A program made the translations under genes and the position numbers. From the NCBI GenBank assembly GCA_003501525.1, contig DNPI01000041.1, positions 1 to 32,507 on the forward strand: DNA of 32,507 nucleotides. Direction: 5' to 3'. Of this stretch, positions 32,280 through 32,507 are shown one piece after another. This DNA comes from Planctomycetota bacterium (GTDB lineage: Bacteria > Planctomycetota > UBA1135). The notes under the pieces were generated by a model. The model did not search any database, was not told the DNA's origin, and was given only the letters and a program-made list of their open reading frames with translations. Position 1 is the stretch's first letter; every line of letters begins with the position of its first letter.

Positions 32280-32308
32280 GACCAACTTAAATCTCTTAAA
32301 CTATCGCT

Positions 32309-32507
32309 ATGTACATTGCTCTTGGTGCTGTCGCTCTTCTGGCCATTGTTCTTATTGCCTTATACAACGGTTTGGTCTCCATTCGTAATCAATGCGACGA
32401 AGCTTGGTCGAACGTGGATACCGAGCTCAAGCGCCGATACGACCTAATCCCCAACCTTGTAAGTACGGTCAAGGGATATGCTTCACATGAGAAGGACCTT
32501 CTCGAGA
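32309..32507 (+). CDS. lemA: LemA family protein, N-terminal part (3' end outside the window)
   Basis: This ORF is not in the supplied ORF track because it runs off the window. My translation from ATG 32309 is '[66 protein letters not shown]'. That is the typical LemA N-terminal TM segment plus the conserved '[12 protein letters not shown]' block. Confidence 0.85.
   Translation, partial: MYIALGAVALLAIVLIALYNGLVSIRNQCDEAWSNVDTELKRRYDLIPNLVSTVKGYASHEKDLLE

Noticed and set aside
1-32507. Search for CRISPR repeats, tRNA/rRNA genes, IS elements, integrases, toxin-antitoxin pairs or defence-system hallmarks
   Set aside because: No direct-repeat arrays, cloverleaf-sized non-coding gaps, transposase/integrase-like ORFs or small paired ORFs were seen. 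Non-coding DNA is limited to a few spacers of 125 nt or less. The window looks like core or metabolic chromosome rather than a mobile island.

Overview
Gene-dense bacterial chromosomal window with 24 CDS, two of them truncated at the window edges. There is almost no non-coding DNA, and GC looks moderate by eye. I found no rRNA, tRNA, CRISPR array, transposase, integrase or phage genes. The protein repertoire looks like a Planctomycetota/Verrucomicrobiota (PVC)-type heterotroph, but that is only a taxonomic guess. It includes Tat-exported Gfo/Idh/MocA oxidoreductases, DUF1080 domains, secreted FGE/SUMF1-fold proteins, a Cys-type sulfatase, a LamG/discoidin giant protein and a prenyltransferase-repeat secreted protein. 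Layout: (i) 1-9330 (+) is a seven-gene translationally coupled operon: nagB, a Kelch(NanM-like)-SSS transporter fusion, a BNR sialidase-like protein, an enolase-superfamily enzyme, an OYE flavoenzyme, an Nramp-fold transporter with a degenerate metal site, and a DUF993-like protein. It looks like a non-canonical sialic-acid-like or amino-sugar route. (ii) 9327-12335 holds two secreted or anchored proteins, an alpha/alpha-toroid repeat protein and a beta-helix protein. (iii) 12339-19409 (-) is a six-gene operon whose products are all predicted extracytoplasmic: a Cys-less FGE-fold protein, a Tat Gfo/Idh/MocA oxidoreductase, a cytochrome b562-like protein, a bona fide FGE lipoprotein, a 3xDUF1080+SGNH esterase protein and a small exported protein. 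Its start codon sits back-to-back with (iv) 19411-23249 (+), which encodes an ApbE flavin transferase, a paralogous Tat Gfo/Idh/MocA oxidoreductase and a Cys-type sulfatase. I consider (iii)+(iv) the best candidate for an undescribed periplasmic redox, glycan-cleavage or sulfatase-maturation system. (v) 23246-27226 (-) is a 1326-aa ADAM/reprolysin-like metzincin zymogen fused to lectin-like domains. (vi) The rest is a GT2-like protein, a PQQ-type sugar dehydrogenase, fhs, a membrane-anchored unknown and the 5' part of lemA. All functional calls rest on by-eye motif recognition in the translated ORFs; no database search was possible.
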